DNA of 24,420 nucleotides from Planctomycetota bacterium (GCA_947501605.1 CANMWZ010000048.1:1-24420), one strand, 5' to 3'; counted from the first letter of the stretch, positions 1 through 9,836 are shown. Numbers and translations: made by a program. Notes: generated from the sequence alone by a model not told the origin.

Positions 1-287
1 CGGATGTGGCTCAAGAACTTGTTGCCGAGCCCTTCGCCCGTCGACGCGCCCTTGACCAATCCAGCGATGTCGACGAACTCGATCGTCGCCGGGATCACCA
101 CGTTGGTCTTGGCGATCTTCTGCAACACGTAGAGCCGGTCGTCCGGCACGGTGACGATGCCGACGTTCGGGTCAATGGTGCAGAACGGGTAGTTCGCAGC
201 CTGAGCCTTCTGCGTGCGCGTGACGGCGTTGAAGAGCGTGGACTTGCCGACGTTGGGCAACCCGACGATGCCTGCTTTGAGAGTCAT
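1..287 (-). CDS. ychF: Redox-regulated ATPase YchF (Obg family), N-terminal part, runs off the window edge
   Basis: Not in the ORF track. Manual minus-strand translation from ATG 287 gives [23 protein letters not shown]...[14 protein letters not shown]...[28 protein letters not shown], with the YchF G1, NYPFCT and DIAG motifs. Confidence 0.97.
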   Translation of the reverse strand, partial: MTLKAGIVGLPNVGKSTLFNAVTRTQKAQAANYPFCTIDPNVGIVTVPDDRLYVLQKIAKTNVVIPATIEFVDIAGLVKGASTGEGLGNKFLSHI

Positions 288-327
288 GGCTTGGTGCCTG
301 GAATCGACTTGGTACGGAAGGGGGCGG

Positions 328-1308
328 TCACTTGCTGGCGGTGAGGGCGGCGATCGCCTTCGTCAAAGCGGGCACGATCTCGAACGCATCGCCGACGATG
401 CCGTAGTCAGCGACCTTGAAGATCGGTGCATCGGCGTCCTTGTTGATGGCAACGATCGTGCGCGCGGTGCGCATGCCGGCGAGGTGCTGGATCGCGCCAC
501 TGATGCCGATCGCGAAGTAGAGCGTCGGGCTCACGACCTTGCCGGTCTGGCCGACCTGCTCGCGGTGGGGGCGCCAGCCAGCGTCGACTACGGCGCGCGA
601 CGCGCCGACGGCGGCGACGCCGGGGCCAAAAGCGGCGGCTAGCTCTTCGAGGATCTTGAACTGCTCCGGGTCCTTGAGGCCACGGCCGCCAGCGACGACG
701 ACCTTGGCCTCTTGCAGCGGCACTCGGTCCTGCGCGGCAGCGATCACTTCCTTGACGACGGACAGCAGGTTGCCGGCCTCGGCAGCAATCTTCTCGATGG
801 TCGCTGGGCCGCCCGACTTCGCCTCAAAGTTGTTGGGCCGAAGCGTGGCCAAGAACGGCGAACGCGTGGCCTGCACGTGGAGCGTGGCCTTGCCGGCAAA
901 CACCGGCTTCTGCGCCGTGAACTTGCCGCCCTGGAACCCGACGGCGACTACGTCGGTGACGAGACCGGCGTCGAGCGCGGCGGCGACACGGGGCAGCAGG
1001 TCCTTGCCCATCGCGGTGTGCGCCATCAGCACGGCGGCGGGCGCGTGCTTCTTGCACTGCTCGGTGACGATGCGGGCGTAGGCATCGCCCGAGAAGTTGG
1101 CAAAGCCTGGGGCGTCGATCAGAACGACTTGGTGCGCACCGCTCTTCTGGAGGTCGGCGCCAGCAGCGTCGAGGCCACTGCCGACGGCCACGGCGATCAC
1201 CTTGCCGCCGTTCTGAGCGGCGAGCTGCAGACCGGCAGCGACGGCTTCGAGGGAGGGGCGCTTCAACTTGCCCGCGCGGACTTCGGCGACGACGACGATG
1301 TTGCTCAT
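328..1308 (-). CDS. etfA: Electron transfer flavoprotein alpha subunit
   Basis: Motifs [47 protein letters not shown] and [11 protein letters not shown]; lies directly downstream of etfB. Confidence 0.97.
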   Translation of the reverse strand: MSNIVVVAEVRAGKLKRPSLEAVAAGLQLAAQNGGKVIAVAVGSGLDAAGADLQKSGAHQVVLIDAPGFANFSGDAYARIVTEQCKKHAPAAVLMAHTAMGKDLLPRVAAALDAGLVTDVVAVGFQGGKFTAQKPVFAGKATLHVQATRSPFLATLRPNNFEAKSGGPATIEKIAAEAGNLLSVVKEVIAAAQDRVPLQEAKVVVAGGRGLKDPEQFKILEELAAAFGPGVAAVGASRAVVDAGWRPHREQVGQTGKVVSPTLYFAIGISGAIQHLAGMRTARTIVAINKDADAPIFKVADYGIVGDAFEIVPALTKAIAALTASK

Positions 1309-1327
1309 GTTGGTGTTCCGCTCGGGG

Positions 1328-2080
1328 TCAGAGGGCTTTGGCTTCGTTGCGCAGCGCGGCGATCAACGCCGGGACGGCGTCGGCACCGGTGCCGAGGATC
1401 CTGCCGGCCGCGCGCGCGGGCGGCAGCGTCAGCGACACGATCGCCATCGCCGGTTCCGGCAGCTGGGCCGGCACTTCGCTGTAGGGCTTGGCCTTTGCCG
1501 CCATGATGCCCTTGAGGCTGGCGCGGCGCGGTTCGTTGAGACCCTTGTTGCAGCTCAGGACCGCCGGCGCCTTGCACGTCAGCACTTCGCGCGCACCTTC
1601 GATGTCGCGCTCGGCAGTGAACGTGCCGTTCTCCAGCGTGAGCTTGGCGACCTCGGTGACGCAGCCGAACCCGAGCATCGCCGCGAGGCGCGACGGCAGC
1701 TGGTTGTTGTCGGCGTCGACGGCCTGCTTGCCGCACAGGACGACATCGCACTTCACGGTCTTGAGCCAGCTGTGCAACGCCTGCGCGCAGGCCCAGCTGT
1801 CGCTGACCCACTGCTCGGTCGACAGCAGCACCGCCTTGTCGGCGCCGCGGGCCAGCGCGTCGCGAAGTTCCTTCTCGGCGGCCTTCGGCCCGAGGGTCAC
1901 GACGGTGACGCTCCCGGCGTTCAGCTGCTCCTTGATGCGAAGGGCCTGCTCGAGGGCGAACTCGTCGTAGGCGTTGAGTTCGAACTTCACGCCGGTCGGG
2001 TCGAACGACTTGCCATCGGCGGCGATCTTGATCGGCGTGTCCGTGGTCGGGACGCGCTTGACGCAGACTACGATGTCCAT
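1328..2080 (-). CDS. etfB: Electron transfer flavoprotein beta subunit (250 aa)
   Basis: True start is ATG 2080 (MDIVVCVKRVP). Motifs LNAYDEFALEQAL, ALARGADKA, VLCGKQAVD and NEPR. The upstream part of the 492-aa ORF is an unlikely extension. Confidence 0.96.
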   Translation of the reverse strand: MDIVVCVKRVPTTDTPIKIAADGKSFDPTGVKFELNAYDEFALEQALRIKEQLNAGSVTVVTLGPKAAEKELRDALARGADKAVLLSTEQWVSDSWACAQALHSWLKTVKCDVVLCGKQAVDADNNQLPSRLAAMLGFGCVTEVAKLTLENGTFTAERDIEGAREVLTCKAPAVLSCNKGLNEPRRASLKGIMAAKAKPYSEVPAQLPEPAMAIVSLTLPPARAAGRILGTGADAVPALIAALRNEAKAL

Positions 2081-2274
2081 GCTCTTTGCGTGGGGCTGAG
2101 GTTGCGGCCGGGAGTGGCCGGTTTTGGGGCGAGGAGTGTAGCCGCTGGGGTGTCGCCCCGCGGGAGGGTTTTTCCGCTCGAGTAGGACTCTTCCCCGTGG
2201 CGAAGTGCGGGGGCCGGGCGGAGCCGCGCCGCGCCTTCCGCTGCTGCGTGGAGCTACGGTCGCAGGACCCGCCT

Positions 2275-4203
2275 TCAGCGAACGGTCGGCCAGACGCCGC
2301 GGCGGACCGACAACCGTTCGCGGCAGGAGGCCTCGACCCCGTCGAGGAAGGCTGCGAGCGTGCCGTTCTGCCGCTGCGCGGTGACCCAGGCCGGGAGGTC
2401 GGCAACCTCGACGCCGCATTCCTTCCGCACGGTCTCGGCAACGCGCGTCGAGTCGAACTCGAGATCGCCGAACGAACACAGTGCTATGGCGGCGAGCAGG
2501 CGGGTCTCGGTCGACAGGTCGGTCTGGAGCGTCGTGGGCCATTCGCGGCGCTCGGCCGGCACGGTCGAGATCCAATCGTCGGGCAGTGCGACGAGTTCGC
2601 GCAACGAGTCGCGGCACGCAGGCAGCACACCGGGCGAGTTGGCGATCGCGGCAGCGAGACCCCGCGTCACGCGCCGCAGGTCGGTGGATGCGAGTTCGCG
2701 GTCGCGCAGATCCTCGGTCGTCGGCGTCCGAGGCACGCGCAGCCAGGCACACGCCTCGATGCTGACTCCGTAGTTCTGCGGGCACGCGTAGGTCCGGATC
2801 GCCCAATAGGAAGCCATCGGGTCCCTGTCTTTACCGGCGGCCAGCGCCGTCGCATCAGGATGACCCGCGAGCCAAGCCAACGCGACCGTCGCCGTCTCGT
2901 CGCCGGCGACGAATGCGAGCCGCAGCAGGTGCGGGGCGACTGGCCCGGCCTTCAGTCCGCATGCGTCATGGAACTGCAGCAAGCGCTGGAGCTCGTCGGC
3001 GCCGGTCCAGCGCGCGCCGATCAGGACATCGTGCACGGTGGTCGGATCGACGGGTTCTGGTCGCGCTGCATCGACGCCGCGAAGTGCCGCGTCGAGGGCC
3101 GTGGCGGTCTCGCCGGCCGGGCCATCGCCCGTTCTCGTGCTGGCGAGCACTCGCTCCGCCGTCTCGCGGCACAGATCGGCGAAGGCGCGATCGGGGGCAT
3201 GGCGCTCGAGCCAACGCAATGCCGGTAGTCCGACGAGTCCCTTCCTGCCCCATGCAGAGAGTGCGTTCACTGCGGTCTTCGCAATGCTCGATTCGCCATC
3301 CCAGATGCAGCCGACGATTGCCGCGCGCTCATGAACGGGAAGTGCGTGGCCACCGTCTTCGAACCACGCCGCGGCCCGCAGTCGCTGGTCGGGGTCCCAG
3401 TGCTGCAGCAGGGCGCGCGCGGTGGCGCTGCCGAGCGGTGCAGGCCTCACTGCGAGCAGCGCCTCGGCGAGCATCGGCGCCGCCCAGCCAGAATCCCACG
3501 ATTGCTCCCACGGGATGACCGCCATCTGCTGCGCCCCGTCGAGACGTTCGATCAGGAGCTTCTCGATCGTCGCGAGATCCCCGGGCGCGAACTCCGGGTG
3601 CGCCGCGATCCAGTTCGCGGCCGCAGTCAGTCGCTGCGGAGTCAGCCCAGACAATGCGAAGTCCGGAGCCCCGGCGTCCCCGAGCATCCTCAGCAGATTC
3701 GACGGCGACGGCTCCCTGTGCAGTTGCATTTGCCACCAGCCGGTCATCACCAGCGAGTAGTCCTCCTGGCCGCGAACCCAGGTGGATTGTTCATAGTCCT
3801 TCTCGAGCGTCGTCGCTTGCTCGTCGTCGGCCCATGGCAGCAACTGGCTCATGGTCCAGAAGGCTTGTCGCTTCAGGTCGTCCGTCGCGGCGCGATGAAT
3901 GATCGTCAGTTCGGGCCACGCCGCGACGGCCGGCTTGCCGATCCGGGCGAGGACATACATCGCGCCGTGCACTCGAAGCAGCGATTCGCCGCTCCGGCTC
4001 TGTGTCTGCAGCCGTTCGCGCAGCATGGGGACAGCGGCTTTGCCGAGATGGACCAGCGCGCGCGCGGCATCCTCGGCACGCGTTCTGGAGTCGAGATCGG
4101 CGTAGTGCTTCTCGAACGTCGCCTGCAGCCGCGATTGTTGTGCGGGCGCAGCAACCACCAAGGCGACGACGGCAGCGAGCGGAACGAGCGAGGGGTAGCT
4201 CAT
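2275..4203 (-). CDS. Secreted HEAT/PBS-lyase-like helical repeat protein (642 aa), function unknown
   Basis: ATG 4203 follows GGAGG. Signal peptide MSYPSLVPLAAVVALVVAAPA/Q. HEAT-like units include ARALVHLGKAAVPML, VLARIGKPAVAAWPEL, DPDQRLRAAAW and AVNALSAWGRKGLVGLPAL. Confidence 0.7.
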   Translation of the reverse strand: MSYPSLVPLAAVVALVVAAPAQQSRLQATFEKHYADLDSRTRAEDAARALVHLGKAAVPMLRERLQTQSRSGESLLRVHGAMYVLARIGKPAVAAWPELTIIHRAATDDLKRQAFWTMSQLLPWADDEQATTLEKDYEQSTWVRGQEDYSLVMTGWWQMQLHREPSPSNLLRMLGDAGAPDFALSGLTPQRLTAAANWIAAHPEFAPGDLATIEKLLIERLDGAQQMAVIPWEQSWDSGWAAPMLAEALLAVRPAPLGSATARALLQHWDPDQRLRAAAWFEDGGHALPVHERAAIVGCIWDGESSIAKTAVNALSAWGRKGLVGLPALRWLERHAPDRAFADLCRETAERVLASTRTGDGPAGETATALDAALRGVDAARPEPVDPTTVHDVLIGARWTGADELQRLLQFHDACGLKAGPVAPHLLRLAFVAGDETATVALAWLAGHPDATALAAGKDRDPMASYWAIRTYACPQNYGVSIEACAWLRVPRTPTTEDLRDRELASTDLRRVTRGLAAAIANSPGVLPACRDSLRELVALPDDWISTVPAERREWPTTLQTDLSTETRLLAAIALCSFGDLEFDSTRVAETVRKECGVEVADLPAWVTAQRQNGTLAAFLDGVEASCRERLSVRRGVWPTVR

Positions 4204-4316
4204 GCGGTCGACCTCCAGAGCGAGAAGGCGGCAGCATACTCCGCTCGCGCGCGGTCGGTGGGGTGGTGGTGGGCTTCTCGGTGAACGGATCGCCGCGCCC
4301 GGCCCGCGGAGCGTCG

Positions 4317-5222
4317 CTACACCGAGTCCAATCCATCGACGAACAGCATCGGCACGGCGCGATCCGACAGCGAACAGACCATTGGGCCTGCGACCGTCGC
4401 CGTCTCCAATCGGCAATCGCCGAGGAGTCGCGGCAGCGCCAGTCGATACGGCGGCACCAAAGCGATTGCTTGCGAGTGCCCGGCGAGTGCCAACGCGCGT
4501 GGCAGCATCGCGGCCACGTCCGCATCGGCGCCCCCGACTTCGTGCCACCAGCCTTGCAGGTCTGCACCCTTGCCGGTGCAGGCATAGGCGACGACTTCGC
4601 CGCTGCGTTCGAGCACCACGGTCTGCAGCCCTGGAGTCGTGAGCAGTGCCGACATGGCGTGGGGCGAACGATCGACGCGCATCGGCTTGTGGTCGTGAAG
4701 CTCGTGAAGTCGCGCATGGTCGGCGATGGTCGCAAAGCGCACGGTCGCCACGGTGCCGTCGTCGGCGATGACGTCATCGAAACGAGCCGTCAGCGCGCAG
4801 CACACTTCGAGCGCGCCGTTGCGGAAGCCGCAGCGTTCGTAGAGCCTTGGTTGTTCGGCCCACAACAGCACCAACTCGGCGCCGCCCTGTTTGCACGCGT
4901 CGAGCGATGTGCGCAGCAACTGCGACGCGAGGCCTTGACCGCGCAGCGCCGGATCCGTGGCGACCGACCCCAGCAGCGCCGTGCGACGGACCCCGGCGTT
5001 GGTATGGAGCGTCGCGAAGCGAAAGGCGCAGCAGCTCAGCATGCGCTCGCCGGCAAACAGAGTCGCGAAGCGTCCGTCACCGTCGCTGCGGTAGAGCTGC
5101 GGCCAGGTGTGTTGTGCACCGTAGAGCGCGCCCGGCAGCAGCCATTCGTCCAGCAACGGCAGCCACGGCTGCATTGCCGCGCGATCAAGCCACCGCAGCT
5201 CGAGGGTCAGGGTCTCGCTCAC
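4317..5222 (-). CDS. GNAT-family N-acetyltransferase, Eis-like architecture
   Basis: Acetyl-CoA motif A LLGSVATDPALRGQGLASQLL and motif B LYERCGF. GTG start overlaps the upstream stop (GTGA 5219-5222). Confidence 0.85.
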   Translation of the reverse strand: MSETLTLELRWLDRAAMQPWLPLLDEWLLPGALYGAQHTWPQLYRSDGDGRFATLFAGERMLSCCAFRFATLHTNAGVRRTALLGSVATDPALRGQGLASQLLRTSLDACKQGGAELVLLWAEQPRLYERCGFRNGALEVCCALTARFDDVIADDGTVATVRFATIADHARLHELHDHKPMRVDRSPHAMSALLTTPGLQTVVLERSGEVVAYACTGKGADLQGWWHEVGGADADVAAMLPRALALAGHSQAIALVPPYRLALPRLLGDCRLETATVAGPMVCSLSDRAVPMLFVDGLDSV

Positions 5223-5485
5223 AAGGTCCTCTGCTGGAAGGCTGCTTCGAGGCGACGGCGCAAGTCCATCGCCTGTTGAAAGCCCGAGTCGACATCGGCA
5301 ATGGCGCGTTTCAGCGAGTCGGTGTCGTCGACGGGCTCCTGTGTCTCGGTCGGTCGCGCGAGTCGTTCGAGCGAGTCCAGGAGACGGCGGAAGGCTGGTG
5401 ACGACTCGCTCGCACTGGCCGCGGGAGTGGAGCCGACGGGGGCGACAGTGGCGGAGCCGCTGAGCGGTACGAGGGGTTGGGTCAC
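5219..5485 (-). CDS. Small helical protein (88 aa), divergent FliE-like
   Basis: Starts 10 nt after the flgL stop and is coupled to the GNAT. C-terminal helix AIADVDSGFQQAMDLRRRLEAAFQQ aligns without gaps to the remembered FliE consensus. The family call is by eye. Confidence 0.6.
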   Translation of the reverse strand: MTQPLVPLSGSATVAPVGSTPAASASESSPAFRRLLDSLERLARPTETQEPVDDTDSLKRAIADVDSGFQQAMDLRRRLEAAFQQRTL

Positions 5486-5495
5486 GGCTCAGTGC

Positions 5496-6899
5496 TCAGA
5501 GGAAGTTCTGCAAGGAGGTCTGGATGACGCGCGAGCCCATTTGCAGAGCCGCTTGGTAGGAAATGTCCTGCCGCTGCAGTTCGAGGATGGCCTTGGCCAT
5601 GTCCGTGTCCTGAAGGTCGGAGAGCGACTGCTCGCGCGAGATGCGCAGGCCCGACACGCGGTTGCCGAGAACTTGCATGCTGGAGGAGCGGAAGCCGAGT
5701 TCGCTCAAGCCGTCGAGGACCGCGTCGTGGGCGCTGTCGATCTCCCCGAGCATCTCCGCCGCACGGGCGCGAACCGTGGCGTTGTCGGTGCCGGCCTCGT
5801 TCTTCAGCAGATCGCGCAGCGTGATCAGCATCGTGAAGGCGTCGAAGGTGCCTTCGTGCTTGACCGCTTCGTCGCCAGTCTTGATCAGTCCGGTCACGTC
5901 AACTTGCAGTACGGTGCCGTCGTCGCCGCTGCGCACTGCGATCGCAGTGGCGCTGAAGTCCGACACATCCGTGACCGTGGCGCCGCCGTCGGTGGTGAGA
6001 CCGGCCTTGGCCGTGAACGTGCCCGTCAGCGTCGCCGGCAAGCCTGTGACCGTGAGGTTGAGCACGCGACCATCAGCAGTCGTGAAATCCTGGTCGCTGG
6101 CGGGGACCGAGATGGCCGGGCCGCCGCCGATGCTCAACGTTGGCGGTGAGGCGGTGAAGGTGTAGCCGATGGGGCCGACGGCGTTCGACGTGCCGCTGCC
6201 CGCGAACACGCCGGATGGTGCGTCGGTGTGCAAACCGTTCCACGACACCGTCAGTGTTTGGAAGCCGATCGCCGTGTCGCCGCGACCCGTTGGCTGTGCG
6301 CCAGTGGCGCCTGTGAAAGTGACGCCGCGGCGGTCGCGATTCTGGAAGATCGCATCGCCCGGAAGATTGAGGCCAGTCGCCACGCCAGGCGCGACTTCGA
6401 TCTCGAGCCGTTCTTGGTTGCCGCGATAGTCGACGCGCGTGCCACCGGGGCCGTCGACGATCTCGAATGGCGGCGTGCCGTTCTCGGTGCCGCCGAACAG
6501 GTAGCGGTCGCCGCGACGCGAGTTGCCGATGCCGACCAGCTGCTGCAGCAACTGCTCCATCTCGTTGCCGATGCTGGAGCGATCGCCATCGCCAAACGTG
6601 CCGTTCGCCGCCTGCATCGTGAGTTCGCGCACACGCTGCATGAGGGCGGAGCCGTCCTCGAGCGAGGCGGCTCCCGTGTCGAGGCTCTCGCGCGCCAGAG
6701 CGACGTTGTCCGACATCTGCACAAGGCTCCGCAGATCCTTCTGCAGCGGCAGGATGCGCAACGTGGCGGTGGGGTCGTCGGACGGTACTTCGATGCGCCG
6801 GCCGCTCGCGACCTGCTGCTGGAGATTGGTGTACTTGCCGAGGCTGCGCTGGATGTCGCCCAGCGCACGTTGGAACAGATGGCCTTGGGTGATGCGCAT
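5496..6899 (-). CDS. flgL: Flagellar hook-associated protein 3 (467 aa)
   Basis: MRIT N-terminus after an AGAAGGA RBS. Motifs QQVASGRRIEVPSDDP, GDRYLFGGT and C-terminal LSDLQDTDMAKAI..YQAAL..IQTSLQNFL. Follows flgK. Confidence 0.95.
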   Translation of the reverse strand: MRITQGHLFQRALGDIQRSLGKYTNLQQQVASGRRIEVPSDDPTATLRILPLQKDLRSLVQMSDNVALARESLDTGAASLEDGSALMQRVRELTMQAANGTFGDGDRSSIGNEMEQLLQQLVGIGNSRRGDRYLFGGTENGTPPFEIVDGPGGTRVDYRGNQERLEIEVAPGVATGLNLPGDAIFQNRDRRGVTFTGATGAQPTGRGDTAIGFQTLTVSWNGLHTDAPSGVFAGSGTSNAVGPIGYTFTASPPTLSIGGGPAISVPASDQDFTTADGRVLNLTVTGLPATLTGTFTAKAGLTTDGGATVTDVSDFSATAIAVRSGDDGTVLQVDVTGLIKTGDEAVKHEGTFDAFTMLITLRDLLKNEAGTDNATVRARAAEMLGEIDSAHDAVLDGLSELGFRSSSMQVLGNRVSGLRISREQSLSDLQDTDMAKAILELQRQDISYQAALQMGSRVIQTSLQNFL

Positions 6900-6907
6900 G
6901 GTCCTTC

Positions 6908-9271
6908 TCATTGCCCCAGGTTGATGAGCGTCGCGGTCAGTTCTTGCACCGTTGACAGGTACCGCGCTGCGGCCTCGAAGGACTGCTGGAAGCGCACCAT
7001 GTCGAGCATCTCCTCGTCGAGGTTGACGCCGCTGACCGACTCGCGCTCGGCTTCGAGTCGCTGCAGCAACTGGTCCTGGGCCAGCAACGTTTGCATCGCG
7101 CCCTCGGTCTCGAAGCCGATGTCGCCAACCACGTCGGCCCAGAAGTCTTCGATGGTGTTGGAGTCGAGGTCGGACACTTCGCTCTCACGCAGACTCATCA
7201 AGCGGGTGATGTTGCCGGCGTCGCCCGAAGCGGTGCCGAGGCCCGCGGCGAACGCATCCACATTGGACCGGAGTTCCTCGTTGACGGCGATGTCGCTGGC
7301 GTCGGTGCCGAGGAAGAACGAGTTCATGCCGAGCGCGACCAGCAGATCGCTGGTGTCGCTGTCGGCGAGCACGTCGAGCTCGAGGGCATGGCCCGCGGAT
7401 GCGGAGATCGAGCCGGGGCCGAACGCCACCGAGACACCATTGCCGAGATCGACAGCCGTTCCGGGTTCGTAGTCGTCGCCGATATCGATGGTCGTGACCA
7501 GTGCACCAGCTTGATCGAGAACGCGAACCCGAAGGCCGGCCGTCACTCCGACTTGCCCGTCGCTTTCGGGCACGAACAGTAGCTGACCGTTCTCGGCGCC
7601 GTCGAAGGCCCCGGTCACCGCCACGGACACGGCGTTGTTCTGGCCAGCGGTGGCCGCGGTCGACAGGCCAAGGTTGGTGAGGGCTGTGCCGGCACCAACG
7701 TTTGCCAGTTGCAGGTGGGCAGTCGAACCACCCGCGTTGCTACGGATCACCAGGCGACCGCCGATGTCTGCCGCGGTGCCCTGGGTTCCGAGATCCGCAT
7801 TGATGGCTGCGGCCAGTTCTTCGGTGGTTGCCGCCGCGGCGTTGGCAAAGTCACTTGCATCGAGCGTGACCGTCGTCGTGGTCGGCGCGGTGGCCGTGCC
7901 GGTCGCAACCGTGAAGCTGACCGGGAAGGTCTGGCTCGAGAGATCGAACGGGCCGCTGCGACTGCTGCCGATACTCGGCGTCTGACCGCCGAAGGCGCCG
8001 AACTGATTCGGATTGGGATCGAGGCGGGGCGAGAAGTCGAAGCCGAAGCCGGAGTCCGCGGCGACGCGAAGGCGACCGGTCGGATCGACCGTCGCGGTGA
8101 GATGCTCGATGTCGCTGAGGGCCGAGGCGATGTCGTCGAGCGTCATGGCCGACGGTTCGACGTCGATGCGTGTACGGGTGATGGCGCCAGTCGTGCGGTT
8201 GGTCACCGAGACGTAGAGGTTGCCGCTCTGCACGTCGAAGGGCAGGTCGCTCTGTGACAGCAGTTCATCGCCGCGTTGGCCGTCACCATCACCGTCAGCC
8301 GAACCGTAGGCGGAGGTCAACGTCTGGTGCGGGCCGCTGCGAGGCATGCCTGTCGTGTGGCGACGGTTGACCTCCATGATGAGGTTCTGCGCAACTTGAT
8401 CGACGCGCGATAGGTAGCCTGGCACCGACTGACCCTCGCTCGCCAGCAACGCAGCGATGCGACCTTCGCGCGGCCGGATCGTGGCGCTGGTGCCGTTGAT
8501 CTGGATCTGCGTGGTGTCGGAGGCGCTGCGGCCAACCGCGAGGCTCGAGGACCGCGTGCCCGAGACCAGCAGGTTGCCGCCGACCAGGAGGTCCACCGAG
8601 CCGCTATCGCGCTCGATGGCGTTGACGTCGATCAGCTCCGAGAGTTGGCGAACTTGCTGCGCACGGGTGTCGCGCATGTCGTTCGCAGTGCTGCCGTTGG
8701 CTTCGGTCGAGATGATCTGGCCGTTGAGGCTGGCGATCGAGGACGCGAGCTGGTTGGTCTGCGCGACCAAGCCACGCACATCCTCGAAGGTGCTGCTGCC
8801 GAGTTCGTTCATGCGCCGCGACAGCAGGTTGAAGTTCTGTGCCAGTTCGTTTGCGGACTGCACGACGCCGCTTCGCAAGGCGCGATCCGACGGGTCGGTT
8901 TGGAGTCGGCTGATGCTGCCGAAGAAACCGCCAAGACCGGTGCTGAGGCCGCCGTCAGGCTCGCTGAACAGGCTCTCGAGCTCCCCGAGTCGAGCCTGGT
9001 CGACTTGCGCCGCGGACACGAGGCCGCTCTGCATGCGCAAGCGGCGTTCGAGACCTTCGTCGACCAATCGAGTGATGCCCGAGACATCGACGCCTACACC
9101 CATCTGGATTCCGCGTCCGACCGTGAAGGGCGCGGCCGACGACAGCTCGACGCGTTGGCGTGTGTAGCCCGGCGTGTTCGCGTTCGACACGTTGTTGCCT
9201 GCGGTCTGCATGCCAAGGCGCGCGGCCGTCAGTGCCCGCAAACCAGCTCCCATTCCAAATCCGAAACTCAT
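6908..9271 (-). CDS. flgK: Flagellar hook-associated protein 1 (787 aa, enlarged)
   Basis: ATG 9271 follows GAGGAG. Motifs GNNVSNANTPGYTRQRV, GVGVDVSGITR, ANDMRDTR and RESVSGVNLDEEMLDMVRFQQSFEAAAR. Confidence 0.96.
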   Translation of the reverse strand: MSFGFGMGAGLRALTAARLGMQTAGNNVSNANTPGYTRQRVELSSAAPFTVGRGIQMGVGVDVSGITRLVDEGLERRLRMQSGLVSAAQVDQARLGELESLFSEPDGGLSTGLGGFFGSISRLQTDPSDRALRSGVVQSANELAQNFNLLSRRMNELGSSTFEDVRGLVAQTNQLASSIASLNGQIISTEANGSTANDMRDTRAQQVRQLSELIDVNAIERDSGSVDLLVGGNLLVSGTRSSSLAVGRSASDTTQIQINGTSATIRPREGRIAALLASEGQSVPGYLSRVDQVAQNLIMEVNRRHTTGMPRSGPHQTLTSAYGSADGDGDGQRGDELLSQSDLPFDVQSGNLYVSVTNRTTGAITRTRIDVEPSAMTLDDIASALSDIEHLTATVDPTGRLRVAADSGFGFDFSPRLDPNPNQFGAFGGQTPSIGSSRSGPFDLSSQTFPVSFTVATGTATAPTTTTVTLDASDFANAAAATTEELAAAINADLGTQGTAADIGGRLVIRSNAGGSTAHLQLANVGAGTALTNLGLSTAATAGQNNAVSVAVTGAFDGAENGQLLFVPESDGQVGVTAGLRVRVLDQAGALVTTIDIGDDYEPGTAVDLGNGVSVAFGPGSISASAGHALELDVLADSDTSDLLVALGMNSFFLGTDASDIAVNEELRSNVDAFAAGLGTASGDAGNITRLMSLRESEVSDLDSNTIEDFWADVVGDIGFETEGAMQTLLAQDQLLQRLEAERESVSGVNLDEEMLDMVRFQQSFEAAARYLSTVQELTATLINLGQ

Positions 9272-9284
9272 GGTTCGTGTCTCC

Positions 9285-9836
9285 TCAGATGCGTCCGTCG
9301 ACGAGGCTGCCCGGGACGGATCCCGTGCGGGGGAGCGCGGCCTGCAGGCGTCGCGCATTGCGGTCGTAGCTACCGACGTTGTCGCGGGTCGTGGCCACCT
9401 GTTGGCTCACGCCGGCGACGAGTTGCTCGTTGGCGTTGTTGGTGAAGCGCAGCAAGCGCTCGCCGAGCGCTAGCTCACGACGTACTTGGGTTGCAGTCCC
9501 CGTTGCGTCGGTGGTTGCTTGCTTGAGGCGCGCGGCGAGGCTGCGCGGCAAGTGCTGCGACAGGAAGGTCGTGTTGACATGGCGAGGGCCCGCGGCCCCG
9601 GGCATGGCCGGGAGCTGCGCTGCAATGTCCGCGAGCACCTTCTGGCGGCGGTCTTCTTCCTTCTGCAGGTCTTCGCTCAAACCGGCGAGCGCAGTGGGAG
9701 CCTCGGCGAGCACGCTGGGCTTGGCGGAGATCCACTGCGTGCGTCGAGTGCGCAGCCCCTCTGCGAGCTTCTGCATGAGCCCGGTGGAAAGACGGAGCGA
9801 ACGGATCAGTGCTTCGGTGAGATCAACCAGCGACAT
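9285..9836 (-). CDS. flgN: Probable flagellar export chaperone, FlgN-like (183 aa)
   Basis: ATG 9836 follows GGAGG. Helical protein (LQKEEDRRQKVL) with a C-terminal YDRNAR motif, in the typical position between flgJ and flgK. The call rests largely on context. Confidence 0.7.
   Translation of the reverse strand: MSLVDLTEALIRSLRLSTGLMQKLAEGLRTRRTQWISAKPSVLAEAPTALAGLSEDLQKEEDRRQKVLADIAAQLPAMPGAAGPRHVNTTFLSQHLPRSLAARLKQATTDATGTATQVRRELALGERLLRFTNNANEQLVAGVSQQVATTRDNVGSYDRNARRLQAALPRTGSVPGSLVDGRI

Noticed and set aside
328..2080. Functional link between EtfAB and the ACAD-fold gene
   Set aside because: They are about 19 kb apart in separate operons, etfBA looks housekeeping (next to ychF), and the ACAD is atypical.
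6..2185. Several long plus-strand ORFs opposite ychF, etfA and etfB (and similar ones across the window)
   Set aside because: Antisense or alternate-frame shadows typical of high-GC coding DNA; the minus-strand frames carry the family motifs.
2081..2806. 242-aa N-terminal extension of EtfB in the ORF track
   Set aside because: Arg/Pro-rich, overlaps the HEAT gene in another frame, and the EtfB family begins at MDIVVCVK.
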